A DNA stretch of 64,000 bases from Eledone cirrhosa (GCA_964016885.1 OZ024740.1:320478001-320542000), one strand, 5' to 3'. Positions 12,679-25,960 are shown, counted from the first letter of the stretch. The notes: generated by a model not told the origin, from the letters alone. Program-made: numbers and translations.

Positions 12679-13629
12679 TCGTATAAATATGCAACTTAAC
12701 TACACTTTGCATCTCCGCCGTTGAATAAACATATAATACTGAAACCGGTACCACTATTAAATGCAGAAACACAACGAAGGGTATTAGTGATGGTTATTGG
12801 AAATAATAACAAAAATAGCAGATTTACTTTATATATAAAAAGGTTTACTTCACTTCAGTCAAAAAGAATAATAAACAAGTTACCACGAGTTGCGAAGGTT
12901 GACAATGTTATTTTGTTGTTGGTTCATGAGGCTGGTGTAGTCTCAGACCAGGAGAGAGAGAGAGAGTAATGGTCTGTGGTTGACTGTAAACCTCAGAGGC
13001 CTGTAGTGGCGGTGAATCTTTCACATAGCTTGTCTGTATCGTGGTGCTCCGATCTGTATCGTGGTGCTCCGATATGTAAGTTAATTTTATAATTTTCTTA
13101 TTTTACGTCTCTCATATTATTGTTCTGCAACCCCATGCATTGAACCACAAAGTTACTAAGACAAAACCTATATATTTGCTAGCATTGATATGCATCTGTA
13201 TGTATATATATGTTACTAGATATTAATTCTTTATAATTATCTCCAAATTATTTGTTGAGCAATATTGGCCATGACTGCTGATATGGTAGCAGGCAGGCCG
13301 CTGTCTTATTAGCAAACCACTTTCCACTGATTGACCTCGATGTCACGTGATTGATTCTTTCTGAATTTGCCACCGACGCAGAGGCAGTGATTTTCTCAAT
13401 GGCTAGGAATTCAGTCCACGCTTTGGTATTTTCTATCCACTGAATTATTTTTTAATAAGTTTCCAGAGTCCACGCCTTGCCTGGATACTTAGATGAGAAT
13501 AGTCTTCCCTAACGACGGAATGATTCTCAATGATTTCTTCGGAAAATATATTTATTCCATTCCAGAAACTAATTAGTTGGAAGTGATATTTTAGTAAGTA
13601 AGTTAATTTTATAATTTTCTTATTTTACG

Positions 13630-13751
<122 letters not shown>

Positions 13752-13782
13752 GTATTTATATATGTATATATATATGTATATA

Positions 13783-13987
13783 TGTAGCGAAATCTGTCCA
13801 CGCCTTGAACCTTGGGTGACACCTAAAAATCAAATTCTAGGTCACCATCCTTTTCGGCGTGGACAGGTTCATGCGTGGGCGATCCCTCGAGGCAGGGAGA
13901 CAGAAAGCGACAGGTATATAAAGCCTATATTTTCCCACGTTTTACACAGAGAGATCGGAGCACCACGATACAGACAAGCTATGTGAA

Positions 13988-13990
<3 letters not shown>
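13783..13990 (+). mobile_element. Partial LTR-like sequence between (TA)n tracts
   Basis: Starts TGTAGCGAAATCTG, like the start of 25963(-) TGTAGTGAAATCTG; its last 39 bp recur inverted at 13017-13055. Confidence 0.45.
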
Positions 13991-14056
<66 letters not shown>

Positions 14057-14262
14057 ATAACAATAAATCGTTAAAGGTAATCCGATAAGTGTCTGTGAAA
14101 ACTACTTATCATGGACAGTTTAAGCGTACAGTGCTATGTGACTCAACAAGAGGTTTACGTGGGTGACGAGTTTATGACTTCACTTGTATTCCTATGTAAA
14201 TATATCTTGGAGTAATATAAAAGTGAAGAATAACGTGGTCAACAGTACAGACAAGGAGATTT

Positions 14263-14576
14263 ATTTACAGTCTAACAATTGTTTCCATGATAGAGTTGTC
14301 TATAAACACTGGAGACAGCATAATTCAATTTAAAATACATATAATTGCAATCATTTCATCAGAAACTGTTAAGAAATACAAAATACATGCGTAACGATAA
14401 ACTTAAAAATTCAAATTACAATAATTTGAATTTATCGTTACGCATGTATTTTGTATTTCTTAACAGTTTCTAATGAAATGATTGAAGTTATATGTATTTT
14501 AAATTGAATTATGCTGTCTCCAGTGTTTATCAATTTATAGACAACTCTATGATGGAAACAATTGTTAGACTGTAAA
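14263..14576. repeat. Fold-back cassette (arms ~14263-14401 and 14431-14576) with a hammerhead on each arm
   Basis: Reverse-complement arms, flanked by (TA)n directly on the right and via a ~200-bp tail on the left. Confidence 0.88.
14267..14369 (-). ncRNA. Hammerhead motif with a 70-nt helix II
   Basis: ACAGTTT CTGATGA [70 nt] GAAA CAATTG TT AGACTGT. The plus-strand twin at 14463-14573 has a mutated core, CTAATGA. Confidence 0.65.
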
Positions 14577-14720
14577 CTTCACTTTTATATATATATATAT
14601 ATATACACATATGGTGTATATATATACATATATATACATATATATATATACATATATATATATACATTTATATATATATATATACATATATATATATACA
14701 TACATACATACATACATACA

Positions 14721-15116
14721 TGGTGGCTGCCAACTCGTTTTCGAGTACGGCCACTACTTTATATCCATGTAGAAGAACTCCTACCGATGCACTGAACGAG
14801 TGTGACTTTTTAGTCCAGCCAGCGACTTGAAAACTCTGGTACAAACACTACACTTGTGACATAGTGCTGGGCCCATGGTACCATGTGACGACAAGTGCAG
14901 AGAGATCTCCAGATATAAAGCAATGCCTGTGCCATGAAGCTTTTATAGTGAGCAAAGGCACTGCACAAAGCCAGTCCCACTCTCTTAACCAAGATGATAT
15001 TTACCAAAAAGAAGAACAAGTCAACAGCATTGGATACCATCAGAGTTGCAGGTGTTATATCAGAGTTTTCCTTCTCCTAGAATTCTGCCTTGACAAAGGC
15101 TAAGGGGTCATCTCTC
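14721..15116 (-). mobile_element. Third copy of the RTE-derived element
   Basis: Reverse complement of ~1753-2160, embedded in (CATA)n. Confidence 0.8.
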
Positions 15117-15181
15117 ATACATATATACATACATACATACATACATACATACATACATACATACATACATACATACATACA

Positions 15182-15217
<36 letters not shown>

Positions 15218-15218
15218 T

Positions 15219-15565
15219 ATAGAATTCACAAGAATCAAAACTATGTTCAAAGCATTTATTCACTTACAATTGTTTCATCCAAACCTAGGCTTGGAGTCTT
15301 CGGAGCATTTTTCAATGTTTGTACACATAATTGACGTCCTTTCCAACGCAAGAGACATACAGATACATATATATTGATGTACAGTGGAGTGACATATATT
15401 ATACTATATTATTTCTGTATAGCAATTCATATTCAAAATCAAATCAAGGTCAATTATGTGTACAAACATTGAAAAATGCTCCGTAGACTGCAAGCCTAGG
15501 TTTCGATGAAACAATTGTAAGTGATTAAATGCTTTGAACATAGCTTTGATTCTTGCGAATTCTAT
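15219..15565. repeat. Fold-back cassette (arms 15219-15335 and 15449-15565) with the 3' half of a hammerhead
   Basis: Inverted arms; GAAACAATTGTA at 15508; no intact CTGANGA. Confidence 0.8.
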
Positions 15566-15735
15566 ATAACTGCTCTGTAGAACAACTGATGTTATTACAT
15601 TGTGCTATCTATCTTACTGGTAATAAGGTAGTAATAAATTACTGACCTTCACTGTTTAGGGTTTAAAATATACATAACTATAAAAAGTTTCAGTATATAC
15701 ATAACCATAAATAGTATCCTTAATATATATATATA

Positions 15736-16111
15736 TATCAAAATGAAAATCCGAAGGCAAGGTAAAATTCCAATCATTTAATCACGACGCATGTTTCAAT
15801 AAGAGATAGATCGATTGTGAAGCCATGATCGATTATCACTGATCTCATCAGGTGAAAATGAATTGTCTTCAAATTCTTGATATGAGGGAGAAAAATAACG
15901 ATGTTCTCTCACAGAATTCATTCCCTCATATTCTGTGAGAGAACATCGTTATTTTTCTCCCTCATATCAAGAATTTGAAGACAATTCATTTTCGCCTGAT
16001 GAGATCAGTGATAATCGATCATGGCTTCACAATCGATCTATCTCTTATTGAAACATGTGTCGTGATTAAATGATTGGAATTTTACCTTGCCTTCGGATTT
16101 TCATTTTGATA
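15736..16111. repeat. Near-perfect 182-bp palindrome with a 12-nt loop, a hammerhead on each arm
   Basis: Arms 15736-15917 and 15930-16111; I found two mismatches by eye. Confidence 0.93.
15992..16065 (+). ncRNA. Hammerhead motif with a 47-nt helix II (twin on the minus strand ~15782-15855)
   Basis: TCGC CTGATGA [47 nt] GAAA CATGTG TC GTGA; GUC triplet. Confidence 0.7.
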
Positions 16112-16248
16112 CTTATACTCCGTTTTACATCATCTAGCTGTTCCCTTGAATGGAATTGGAGATATACAAAAGCGTGGAGAACTTAATATTGCTAACATAA
16201 AGTTATTGGACCATTTTACACAACCAATAATGCACCTTACTATATAAC

Positions 16249-16288
<40 letters not shown>

Positions 16289-16698
16289 CTAGCGAGATAT
16301 AATCCCATCGTATTATACTAATACATTAAGTAGAAAATATTCATACAGTTATTCTGCGTTGCATCACGTTGCTTCACCATGTGGTCTACAAACGACATAG
16401 TATATATTCAACTTGTCCCTTTGGGTGGAATATTTTCATATAGTATTACAACGATACAACACCTTGTTCACCATGTGGTCTAGCAGTGAAATGGTATGTA
16501 TGATATAGTTTCTACTTGTCCTCTTATTTCTATGAAGAATTTTCCTCATGATGAAGAAACTTATATTCTTCCAATTTTGATTATTCCAATGTCTCGGAGT
16601 TCCCGATATTGTTTGGCTTAAGTTTAATATGTGTGTGTGTGTGTGTGTGTGTGGTGTGGTATATATATATAACAGTGTATATAACTGTATATTCAACT

Positions 16699-16838
<140 letters not shown>

Positions 16839-17519
16839 GCTGATACCCATCTTTTTCCATTCAGTGGGTTTATACGCCCCATTATTAGACTATGTTATGT
16901 AGTCAATATTGCGGCGATGCTTCTGTTTCTATTTCAATTATATATATATATATATAATCTAAACTATAATAAAGGAAGGTCTGCGGGACTGCGTACGGTT
17001 TATTTCTTTTAATCCAATTAGTAAAATAAGTTGGATTACTTTGAATAAATAATGAATTACATAATTTATGTCCTAAATTTCGCAAACATAAATAATATCG
17101 TAAAATTAAATAATTTAAAATTGACTTCTTTTCAAAGTTGCACTTCCGGTATATCGTCGCCACCACCACCACTTCAACTACCATATATATAGAAAGAGAG
17201 AGTGTGTGGTGAGAGATATAGAGAGATTATGATTTTCCACACACTCACGCGTATGAGTGTGCACATACATACTTCTATATGTATGAGTATATAACTATTA
17301 TGAGTATATAACTATAATCGCGCAAACACAAACTTACAAAAATACACACTCACAGACATAATTCACACAAATACACATACTTTCACACAAACATACATAC
17401 ATTCACACATACATTTACACAAACACACACATAGTCATGATAGCTGCGTTCGGTGAAATTGGAAATGGGAGGGTAAAACAAGTATAACGTTTTATTTATT
17501 TATTAACTCTTTATTTATT

Positions 17520-18193
17520 TATTAACTCTTTTTTTAAAAACTCATTTAATATAAGGATTACAGAACGAAAACACTAACAAATATAATATATACAAAGGAA
17601 AGGGAAAGGAAAAAAAGAAAGAGAAAAAATACACAAGCAGGTAATACACACATCTTAGACCACAGAACAAAATGCAGGCTAAAGAGTGGAAAAACGAACC
17701 GCTACCAGAGCAAAAGATAGCAATATAGCGAGGAGCACTGGGAAACCTCTCTAATAATCTTTTAGGCAGCCCAGCACGCTCACAGCGTTACCTGGGGTGA
17801 TGGCGAGGCTGAGGTGCTGGAACAACCAAGTGCCCTCACGAGCATCACCAGTTACCTCTGTTTGGCGAGCCGCCAGAGAAGATAAGAATCTCGCTGTCAG
17901 TAGCCCGACTCCCCCAAACGTCTCGAACGCCACAGGCTGGATAATGTAGTTAGCTGACAGGACACGGTATTTTAGGATTTTGTTCCGTTCAGCTGCGGAT
18001 GCTGTAACTCTCGCCCTTACCGCTGCATCCAGAATGTGGGAAGAAACAAAGAGTCACTAACTGTGACGTCCCAGGCAAGGCACGTGCCTCTTGACCAGGA
18101 GCACAGAGTAAGACCGTCAAGTCTTTTCCCATCAATTCAGGACAACCCAGACGGTTCCAAAATTGAGGGGATGTTTGCCCGGGCCAAAGCTCT
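17520..18193 (-). mobile_element. 3' fragment of a CRE-like REL non-LTR retrotransposon
   Basis: DGLTLCSWSRGTCLAWDVTV and PVAFETFG...LFQHLSLAITPGNAVSVLG motifs. Confidence 0.75.
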
Positions 18194-18364
18194 TGGGTGG
18201 TAATAGAACAGTGTGTGTATGCGGGTGCGCGAAAGCTTGTCGGCGTTCTTAAATTAGAGACACGTGTGTGTGTGTCACTGTTTTTAAGTTAGACATATAT
18301 ATATGTGTGTATCCCTTTCCTTCCTTTTATACACATATACATTCACACAAACACACATACACAT

Positions 18365-18605
18365 TGCGTGATGGACGGGTGGACAGAAGTCCCTCAAATT
18401 TATATACATGCGAATGGAGTTCTACTGAAGCAGTTAGAGAAGTTCAAGTATCTTGGAGCCGTGTTCATGAGTGATGGAATGCAGGAGGCTGAATTAAGTG
18501 CAAGAATTGCAAAAGCTGATGCAGTGATGCGCCAGCCTCAGCATTCAGCAATCAGATGAAGCGGGGTAAGTGTAAAACCAAACTCGCTGTCTTTTTGGTA
18601 TTCCT
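18365..18605 (+). mobile_element. RTE-clade RT C-terminal remnant
   Basis: LKQLEKFKYLGAVFMSDG...ELSARIAKA. Confidence 0.7.
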
Positions 18606-18617
18606 ACCAACTCTTAC

Positions 18618-19180
18618 CAAATAAATAACGGATCCCCCCAAATAAAAGACGGGCCCGCCCCCAAATAAAAAACTGATCCCCCCAAATGAAAAACGGATCC
18701 CCCAAATAAAAAACGGACCCCCAAATAAAAAACGGATCCCCAAATAAAAAACAGACCCCTCCCCAAATAAAAAACGGATCCCCCCCCAAATAAAAAACGG
18801 ATCCCCCCAAATAAAAAACTGATCCCTCTAAATAAAAAACTGATCCCCCCAAATAAAAAACGGATCCCCCCAAATGAAAAACGGATCCCCCAAATAAAAA
18901 AACGGAACCCCCAAATAAAAAACGGATCCCCCCAAATAAAAAACGGACCCCCCCCCCCAATAAAAAACGGACCCCTCCCCTCATTAAAAAACTGATCCCC
19001 CCAAATAAAAAACGGACGCCCAAATAAAAAATGACCCCCCCAATAAAAAAACGACCCCCCCCCCAAATAAAAAACGGATTACCCCCAAATAAAAAATGGA
19101 CCCCAAATAAAAACTGATCCCCCCAAATAAAAAACGGATCCCCCCCAAATAAAACCGGACCCCTCCCAAATAAAAAAAAG
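18618..19180. repeat. ~21-bp minisatellite (CCCCCAAATAAAAAACGGAT)
   Basis: Tandem units with variable C and A runs. Confidence 0.93.
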
Positions 19181-19592
19181 GATTATTATGGATAAATGGT
19201 GGGTAAAATGATTATTATGAGTAAATAGGTAGGTATTTGTAGGTAAAATAATTAATGTGGGTAAAATGGTGGATAAAATGGTAGGTAAAATAATTGTTGT
19301 GGGTAAAAAGTAGGTAAAATGATTATTGTGTGTAAAGTGTGTAAAATGATTATTGTGGGTAAAGTGTTAGGTAAAATGATTATTGTGGGTAAAATGGTAG
19401 GTAAAATGATTATTGTGTGTAAAGTGGTAGGTAAAATGATTATTGTGGGTAAAGTGGTAGGTAAAATGATTATTGTGGGTAAAGTGGTAGGTAAAATGAC
19501 TATTGTGGGTAAAAATTTAGGTAAAATAATAATATTGGGTAAAATTGTGGGTAAAATAATGATAGTGGGTAAAATGGTAGGTAAAGTGGTTG
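19181..19592. repeat. 30-bp minisatellite (GTAGGTAAAATGATTATTGTGGGTAAAGTG)
   Basis: Tandem units, followed by a purine-rich tract to ~19850. Confidence 0.9.
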
Positions 19593-19889
19593 GTGAAATC
19601 AAGAAAGGGAGAAGGAGGGTAGGAAGTGGAGTAAAGGGGGGTAGGGAAAGAATGGGTGAGAAGAGGCAGAAGTGGAAGAAGGGGAGGAAAACATGAAGGG
19701 AAGGAAGGATGGAAAAGAGGAAGGAAGACAGCAGGTTAAAGAAATAGGGAAAGAGAGGTAAAAAAATGGGGAAAAGTAGGGAAGAGGGGTAAAGAGGGAT
19801 ACGAAGTGTGAAAGTATGGGAAAGAGGCGGAAAAGGGTGTAATGAGGGAGAATCAACACCACGAGGTCAACCACAAGACAATGGGGTCA

Positions 19890-20722
19890 CGTAAAGTGAT
19901 ATGTGTTTCTTTCACAAGAAATTTGTAGCAAAAGATACCAAGTAACCATGTAACTTCAATAGCTCTTCATCATCGACTCCGAGAGAAACTCTAGGACCAA
20001 CCATCAATAAACACCATGGTGGTCGGCAAACATGATCAACATATGTCTATGTTCAGATCTCCAGTCAGATTCTTAATCGACACAGAAGTAGAAGTCAGTG
20101 TCATCCCGGCATCTGCAAACGACCTCCGTTATAGAGAGGGGAATCAGTGGCAGCTGCCAATGATTCTACAATCAAAGCTTACAGATACATGGACAGTCAC
20201 CGTCGCTGATGCCCATCAGCCTATCATTGGAGTAGACTTCCTTCGGGCTCACTCACTGCTGGTCGATACACAGGGGAGATGACTCGTCAATAGCAGTAAG
20301 TTTGCCTCGAGTTCTCGGAATTCCTTTTGAATTACCTGAAACTCATTATAATGACATCTCCCAATCCACAACTCACCACAGAGTAAAGCATTACATTCCA
20401 ACCACCAATTCTCCAGTACACAACCGTGTATGTCGTATACCAGCAGACAAATTTGCTTTTGTGAAGGTCAAATTTGACAATATGGAAGCGTTGGGCATCG
20501 TTCATCGATCAAACCGCCCCTGGTCTTCACCTCAGCGCCAAAACCCAATACAGCTTGGCGACCCAGCATGGATTATCGCCGACTTAACAAAAGTACCTTA
20601 CCCTACTGCTACTCGATTCTGCATATAGAAGGCTTCTCAGTTCAGTTAGCAGGGTGCTCGATTTTCTCCAAAATCTACCTCAACTGAGGTTATCATCAAT
20701 TACCTGTACTAGATGATAACAT
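19890..20722 (+). mobile_element. Degenerate Ty3/gypsy gag-pro-RT remnant
   Basis: CFFHKKF; RFLIDTEVEVSVIP (protease); PIIGVDFL; FDNMEALGIV..SNRPWSSP; DYRRLN; GYHQLPV. Confidence 0.8.
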
Positions 20723-21010
20723 GTAAATACAATTTAATACAAAAAGAAAAAAGAAAATTTAGATTGAGAAGAAAGAATGGAATGTAAAATAAGAAAATAT
20801 TTAAAAAAACGGAAAAAGAAAGATATGGCAAGGGCTCTAGTATTTATAATAAGGAAGTTTGTTTGCTTGTACGTTGACCGCTAATAACACTAAATTGGCA
20901 ATCATTAAGATTTTTCATGTGTTTTCAACCAATCTCACCTCCGACTTGATCGCCATCGACTTTCTCTCCGAAAACGGAATTGGGGAAGGTATTGCTATTT
21001 CTAGCACAGT

Positions 21011-21011
<1 letters not shown>

Positions 21012-21041
<30 letters not shown>

Positions 21042-21118
21042 AAGGAGGAGGAGGAGGAGGAGGAGAAGAAGAAGAAGAAGAAGAAGAAGAAGAAGAAGAA
21101 GAAGAAGAAGAAGAAGAA
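21012..21118. repeat. (AAG)n/(GAG)n microsatellite
   Basis: Direct inspection. Confidence 0.97.
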
Positions 21119-22493
21119 ATGTTCTTTTTAGTTCCACATTATGCTCACCTCGGTGTAATCGACAATTGTGAACCATCTCTATGAATTATATTAAACACTG
21201 CCAGCACAAAATACGTTCTAATGTATATCTCTATTTCGTGGCGTGCGCTCCAGCATCGTTGAGTTCATCGATGGATGTGATAATTTTCCATCTGCCGCCT
21301 CTAAATTGGACGGCCTATTTGTGAAAATTGCCAACAAAGCTTTGCTACGCACTTACTAGCTACCAGGTAACAGAAACCAGAAGAACCCTTGAATTAATTT
21401 TACAGAATCCTGAGAAGACTAACGAAAGAACAGTGTGGTAACGATGTAACGTAAGACGAGTTTGTTGCTGACATAACTGCACCTGCAATTCCCTAATGTC
21501 TCTTAGAAAACAAAATGGTGGACGTCCAGACTGCTTATTATCAATCCTCTGTGTTAGATGTTACTCAATACAATAACGTTATTTACACAACCTCAGAAGC
21601 CTTTACAGCTGCTATGTATATATGTATGGCCCCGTAACTCTTGATAGAGTCGTAGGGGCACCGTACTGACATATGGCGTTTCTTAGGTATTTTAAGCCTG
21701 GCCTGCGTACAGCAGATTTCTTCGAGAGAAAGATAGAAAGTAAGAGAGACGAAATGAGAAAGAGATATAGAGGAAGAATCGACCCTAATACTAGACTGGT
21801 ACTTTTTTTTACCGACCTCGAAGGGATGAAAGGCAAAGTTGACCTCGACGGGATTTGAACGCAGACAGCAGAGTACCGAAACGAATACCATAAAGCATTC
21901 TATCCGACGTGCTAACGACTCTGCCAATTTGCCGCCTACAGCTGCTGTAGTGAACCCTAAAATTTCACAGATGTCATATGTGAAAACGTTTATCTAAACT
22001 TCTAGTAAACTTAAGGTGCGAGTTTTGACTGCTATTTATAATACAAGGTGGGAATGTTCTTTTGTGGTTTCTCTTACCATTTACGAGGTAACTTCCCAGA
22101 ACGCGGAGCTACTTGCAATAAATTTTGGAGAAAGGACTTCATACACGTGTGAACAAATCCAAGGTCCACTCAAGCTCGGTAGCGACAATAGTCAATTCTT
22201 ATGTACTTAACCACACGAGATTTGTTCAAGCTTGTGAATGGAAAGACGTAAGTGTTTTCTTAGATTCCTGCAGCACTGGTAATTACCTTAGCGGGAAAGT
22301 TGTGCGAGAACTACAATTCAAGGTTCACCAAACTAGGAAGAAATTACTACGGCTCAGAAAACAGTGAATACTATATGTATAAATATTTCGTATCGCCATG
22401 GAAATACGGTTTTAGGAAGCCGTAGTTATGCAAACACCGGGGGGGGGGGGGGGCTAACGCCCTCTGGTGATGTCCAGCAGAAGCAAGGGGGAC

Positions 22494-22539
22494 AACCGTC
22501 TATGCATTTCAGGCTTAACTGGCCTTCGTCAGGACGGTC
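22494..22539 (-). ncRNA. Minimal type-I hammerhead ribozyme, copy 1
   Basis: GACCGTC CTGACGA AGGC-cagttaa-GCCT GAAA TGCA TA GACGGTT. Confidence 0.85.
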
Positions 22540-22818
22540 CCTCCCACCGCTTGCGACTGCTGAACTAGAAGACAGCCGAGAAAATATACTTTTCTCGTCT
22601 GTGTAAATGAGGTGATTAATCTCATTTGCATATGACGCTGCATAAGTTGGTTCAACTCATAATAAAAAAGAAATAGGATTTCGCTTCAAGCATAGCTTTA
22701 TACAACATGTATAAATATTTTGTATCTCCAAGGAAATACGGTTTTAGGAAGCCGTAGCTATACAAACACCGGTGGGGCTAACGCCCTCTGGTGATGTCCA
22801 GCAGAAGCAAGGGGGGAC

Positions 22819-22864
22819 AACCGTCTATGCATTTCAGGCTTAACTGGCCTTCGTCAGGACGGTC
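22819..22864 (-). ncRNA. Minimal type-I hammerhead ribozyme, copy 2
   Basis: Identical to copy 1, 325 bp away. Confidence 0.85.
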
Positions 22865-22990
22865 CCTCCCACCGTTGAGCCAACTTATGCAGCTTCATAT
22901 GCAAATGAGATTAATCACCTCATTTACACAGACGAGAAAAGTATATTTTCTCGGCTGTCTTCTAATCCAGCAGTCGCAAGCGGTGGGAGG

Positions 22991-23036
22991 GACCGTCCTG
23001 ACGAAGGCCAGTTAAGCCTGAAATGCATAGACGGTT
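22991..23036 (+). ncRNA. Minimal type-I hammerhead ribozyme, copy 3
   Basis: Identical motif on the plus strand: 7-bp stem I, 4-bp stem II, TGCA palindrome, AUA triplet. Confidence 0.85.
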
Positions 23037-25152
23037 GTCCCCCTTGCTTCTGCTGGACATCACCAGAGGGCGTTAGCCCCACCGGTGTTTCCATAGCTAC
23101 GACTTCCTAAAACCGTATTTCCTTGGACATACGAAATATTTATACATATTGTATAAAGCTATTCTTGAAGCGAAATCCTATTTCTTTTTCATTGAATACT
23201 AGTTTCAATACCTTTACTGTTGCGAAACGAACATTTAGCTTTAATAATCAGCCATACATTACCATACGGGCCAGTTTTCTGGCCTGATACTTAGTCAAGA
23301 TTTTCTGCATCAACATCGGAATTAACTATCTGAATTAACTGTGTATGGTGATTCCAATCCTTTCTATGCTTCGGGTGCAGCAAAAGAAGAAACACCATCC
23401 ATTTTTCAAACTTTTCTACTACAAGATTGTTACCAAATCAAGGCGCTCTATCAGAGATTATTAAGACTTCATTGCAGAAAAGATTTACCATTTAGTCACA
23501 AAAACCTAACATATCCCATGACAAGCTCAAGTAGTAATGGTTCAATAGAAAGTATACTGTTTTTGAGGCCAATGGGTGTTTGTATCAATTCTGAGGAATT
23601 CTGTTTGAAGTCATAAATTATGTGGTTGCCTCCCTGTGAGCTATGGGTGGAGAAAGGAGATATGAAAACCTTCTCGATAGAAGCCACGGGTTCAAGACCG
23701 AGTGAAGCCGATCGTGATGATAGAACCAAATATTCAAACGAGAACTTCGAAGACCGAAGAGAAGAAGGGTTCCATATTAACGGTGTTCGAGTATGGGTCT
23801 GTTGGTCCTAAGAAGCGGGCGAAAGTTTGTACGAAAGGCGTCGTATAAATGTACCATGACAATATAACCGCTGAGATGTTCTCATACGCGAATAGCAGCA
23901 ACTACATCAGGAGGAATCCCATAAGCTTCAAGAATCAATAAAAGTTTGGTACGATCAACTGAGTCAAAGGCTTTATGGAAATCAAAAGTTAGAATTGCTT
24001 CTTTGTCACACTTCTAAAACTTTTCGGCAATTCTACGTAAAGCAAGAAGGTGAGATGTTGTTGAGAACGCCAGATAACGTAAAGAAGCGCTAAGAATTCA
24101 TTTGTAAATTAATATCATAACTGTCCCCAATTGATTAGTAATTAAAGCAGATTTCTCTTGTTCAGTAAAGTAGGGTACCATCAAATTACGATATAAACCC
24201 AGTGTCTATAAAATAGAAAATTTGAGACCATGCATGTGATAGAACGCCGGTTAAGAAACATATAAGCATCAATGGTCACTTTAATATGAGATAATCTCTA
24301 GAAAGGCATCTACATTCTCAAACATTTTACGGCGAAAAATTGGGTAAAAAATAGTTGTAAAATAGTCTGGGAGAGCAAAAATATTACATAAATAGCACAA
24401 AAGAGGAGATGGCCTAGAAAATAAATAGGTGCTTGAATTATATAAAAAAAAGATATCATTATTTGATATGATCTAAAAGGAGCAGAGGAGGTCAAGTAAA
24501 CTGAGATATTAGCGATCTTTTTATATAGGAGCTAGAAAAATAATAAGCAATGTCATGCCTCGTTGGTTGTTTGTTAAAGGAATAAACATTTACTGTTAAA
24601 TAATACAAGTGCTAAATAATTAAACAAGTTTTTGTTTGATTATTCCACTGCCTTAACCTTGTTATCAGCCGTGGGAAAGCTGCGAAGTACGTTGGTTTGC
24701 CTCAAAACTTATTAGAGGGAAAACTCCAACGCCCTTGTTATGGTGTATGAATGAGTGTGCGGGTCTTTTCTCACTTTCTTACCCATTTTTTAAAACATAA
24801 ATTGTGTTTATAAACAAAGAAACTTTGTTTTGAATAATTTTTTTTTTTTTTTCATTTCATATCAACTTTCAGGGCCGGATTTAATGAGGGGCAACGGGGG
24901 CAATTGCCCCGGGCCCCTTATAGTGGGGGCCTCACCAGCGACGGCCGTAGCAATTTATTTGTGCCCTCAGCTGGGCTTTTTAGTTTTAGGATGGTTAGAT
25001 TTTTTTTAATTTAATACCTGTATGTATAAATTTTCAATTCCAATTACTGGCGCCAAGCTAACCTTGATATGTAAAATTGGGGAGCTTCCAACAGAAATGG
25101 TCGCATTCTTTAAGGGTATGTCAATATTTATTTTTAAAACTGCTCTATATTA

Positions 25153-25217
25153 TATTTTATCTGATGAAAGCACACCATAATTTAACTTGGTGTCCTTGAA
25201 ATATGTATAATGAAATA
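25153..25217 (+). ncRNA. Type-I hammerhead motif
   Basis: TATTTTAT CTGATGA AAGcACACCA-loop-TGGTGTcCTT GAAA TATGTA TA ATGAAATA; (TA)n ~130 nt downstream. Confidence 0.75.
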
Positions 25218-25360
25218 AATATGGTTTTATAAATATAGTTTCCATTTGTTAATATATCGTATTTTTACTTCAATAATTTGTTGAGTGCTTTATATCAGTT
25301 ATAAAAATATTTGCTTGTTGTATCCCAACAATTTAAATAGAACTTCTACATATATATATA

Positions 25361-25960
25361 TATAGCAATGATTTGATGATCGTGTTGGTAGTGGATTGTG
25401 TTGTGGTGTGGTCACTGTTGTGTGATAGAGTGTGACCAGAGGTTATATGTGTGCAGGTAAGTGAGTAAGTGTTCAATAAGATGATATGATAGTTCCTTGA
25501 TCACGCAGAAAATGAATATATATAAATGAACCACGATGACACCAAACCTCTATATTATTAATCTATTGAAAATAGTTCACGCTGAAGCCATACGAAAAAT
25601 ATACAAGAATTATGGACGTTATTTGTTTGTTTGTAAAAGTAGAATTAATGAACTTCACTGGTTTGGTTGAGAGAGAGACCAAGAGATAGAGATTGAGTGA
25701 AAGAGAGAGAGTAAGAGGAAGTAAGATCCCAAGAGGTCTGTAGAAAGCAATAGTTTACATGTTTACTCAATCCAAATTCGCTTGGTCTGATCTAAGGTAC
25801 ACTATTTATCTATGTCGCTTCCTCGGTCTCCAAGACTTGAGAACAAAGGGCTGACCTTTCGAGGTCGTCCAATCTCAGACCTGTTGACACCCAAAAGGAG
25901 ATAACCCATAAAATGACCGTTAACTGTCATCCAGGGGTCAACGTATGGTCAGATTTCACT

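Larger units (their letters stand above)
22374..23192. mobile_element. Retrozyme/PLE-like non-coding element: 1.5 tandem ~325-bp units (-) plus one inverted unit (+), 9-bp TSD
   Basis: Direct repeat 22374-22549 / 22708-22874; inverted copy 22875-23192; TGAATACTA at 22365-22373 and 23193-23201. Confidence 0.85.
21946..24500 (+). mobile_element. Highly degenerate gypsy-like pol remnant, interrupted by the hammerhead element
   Basis: VFLDSCSTGNYLS (protease-like) before the insertion and LILSQDFL after it; boundaries uncertain. Confidence 0.45.

Noticed and set aside
18552-19874. Gly/Phe-rich and LPTII-repeat proteins
   Set aside because: Minisatellite translations, open in several frames.
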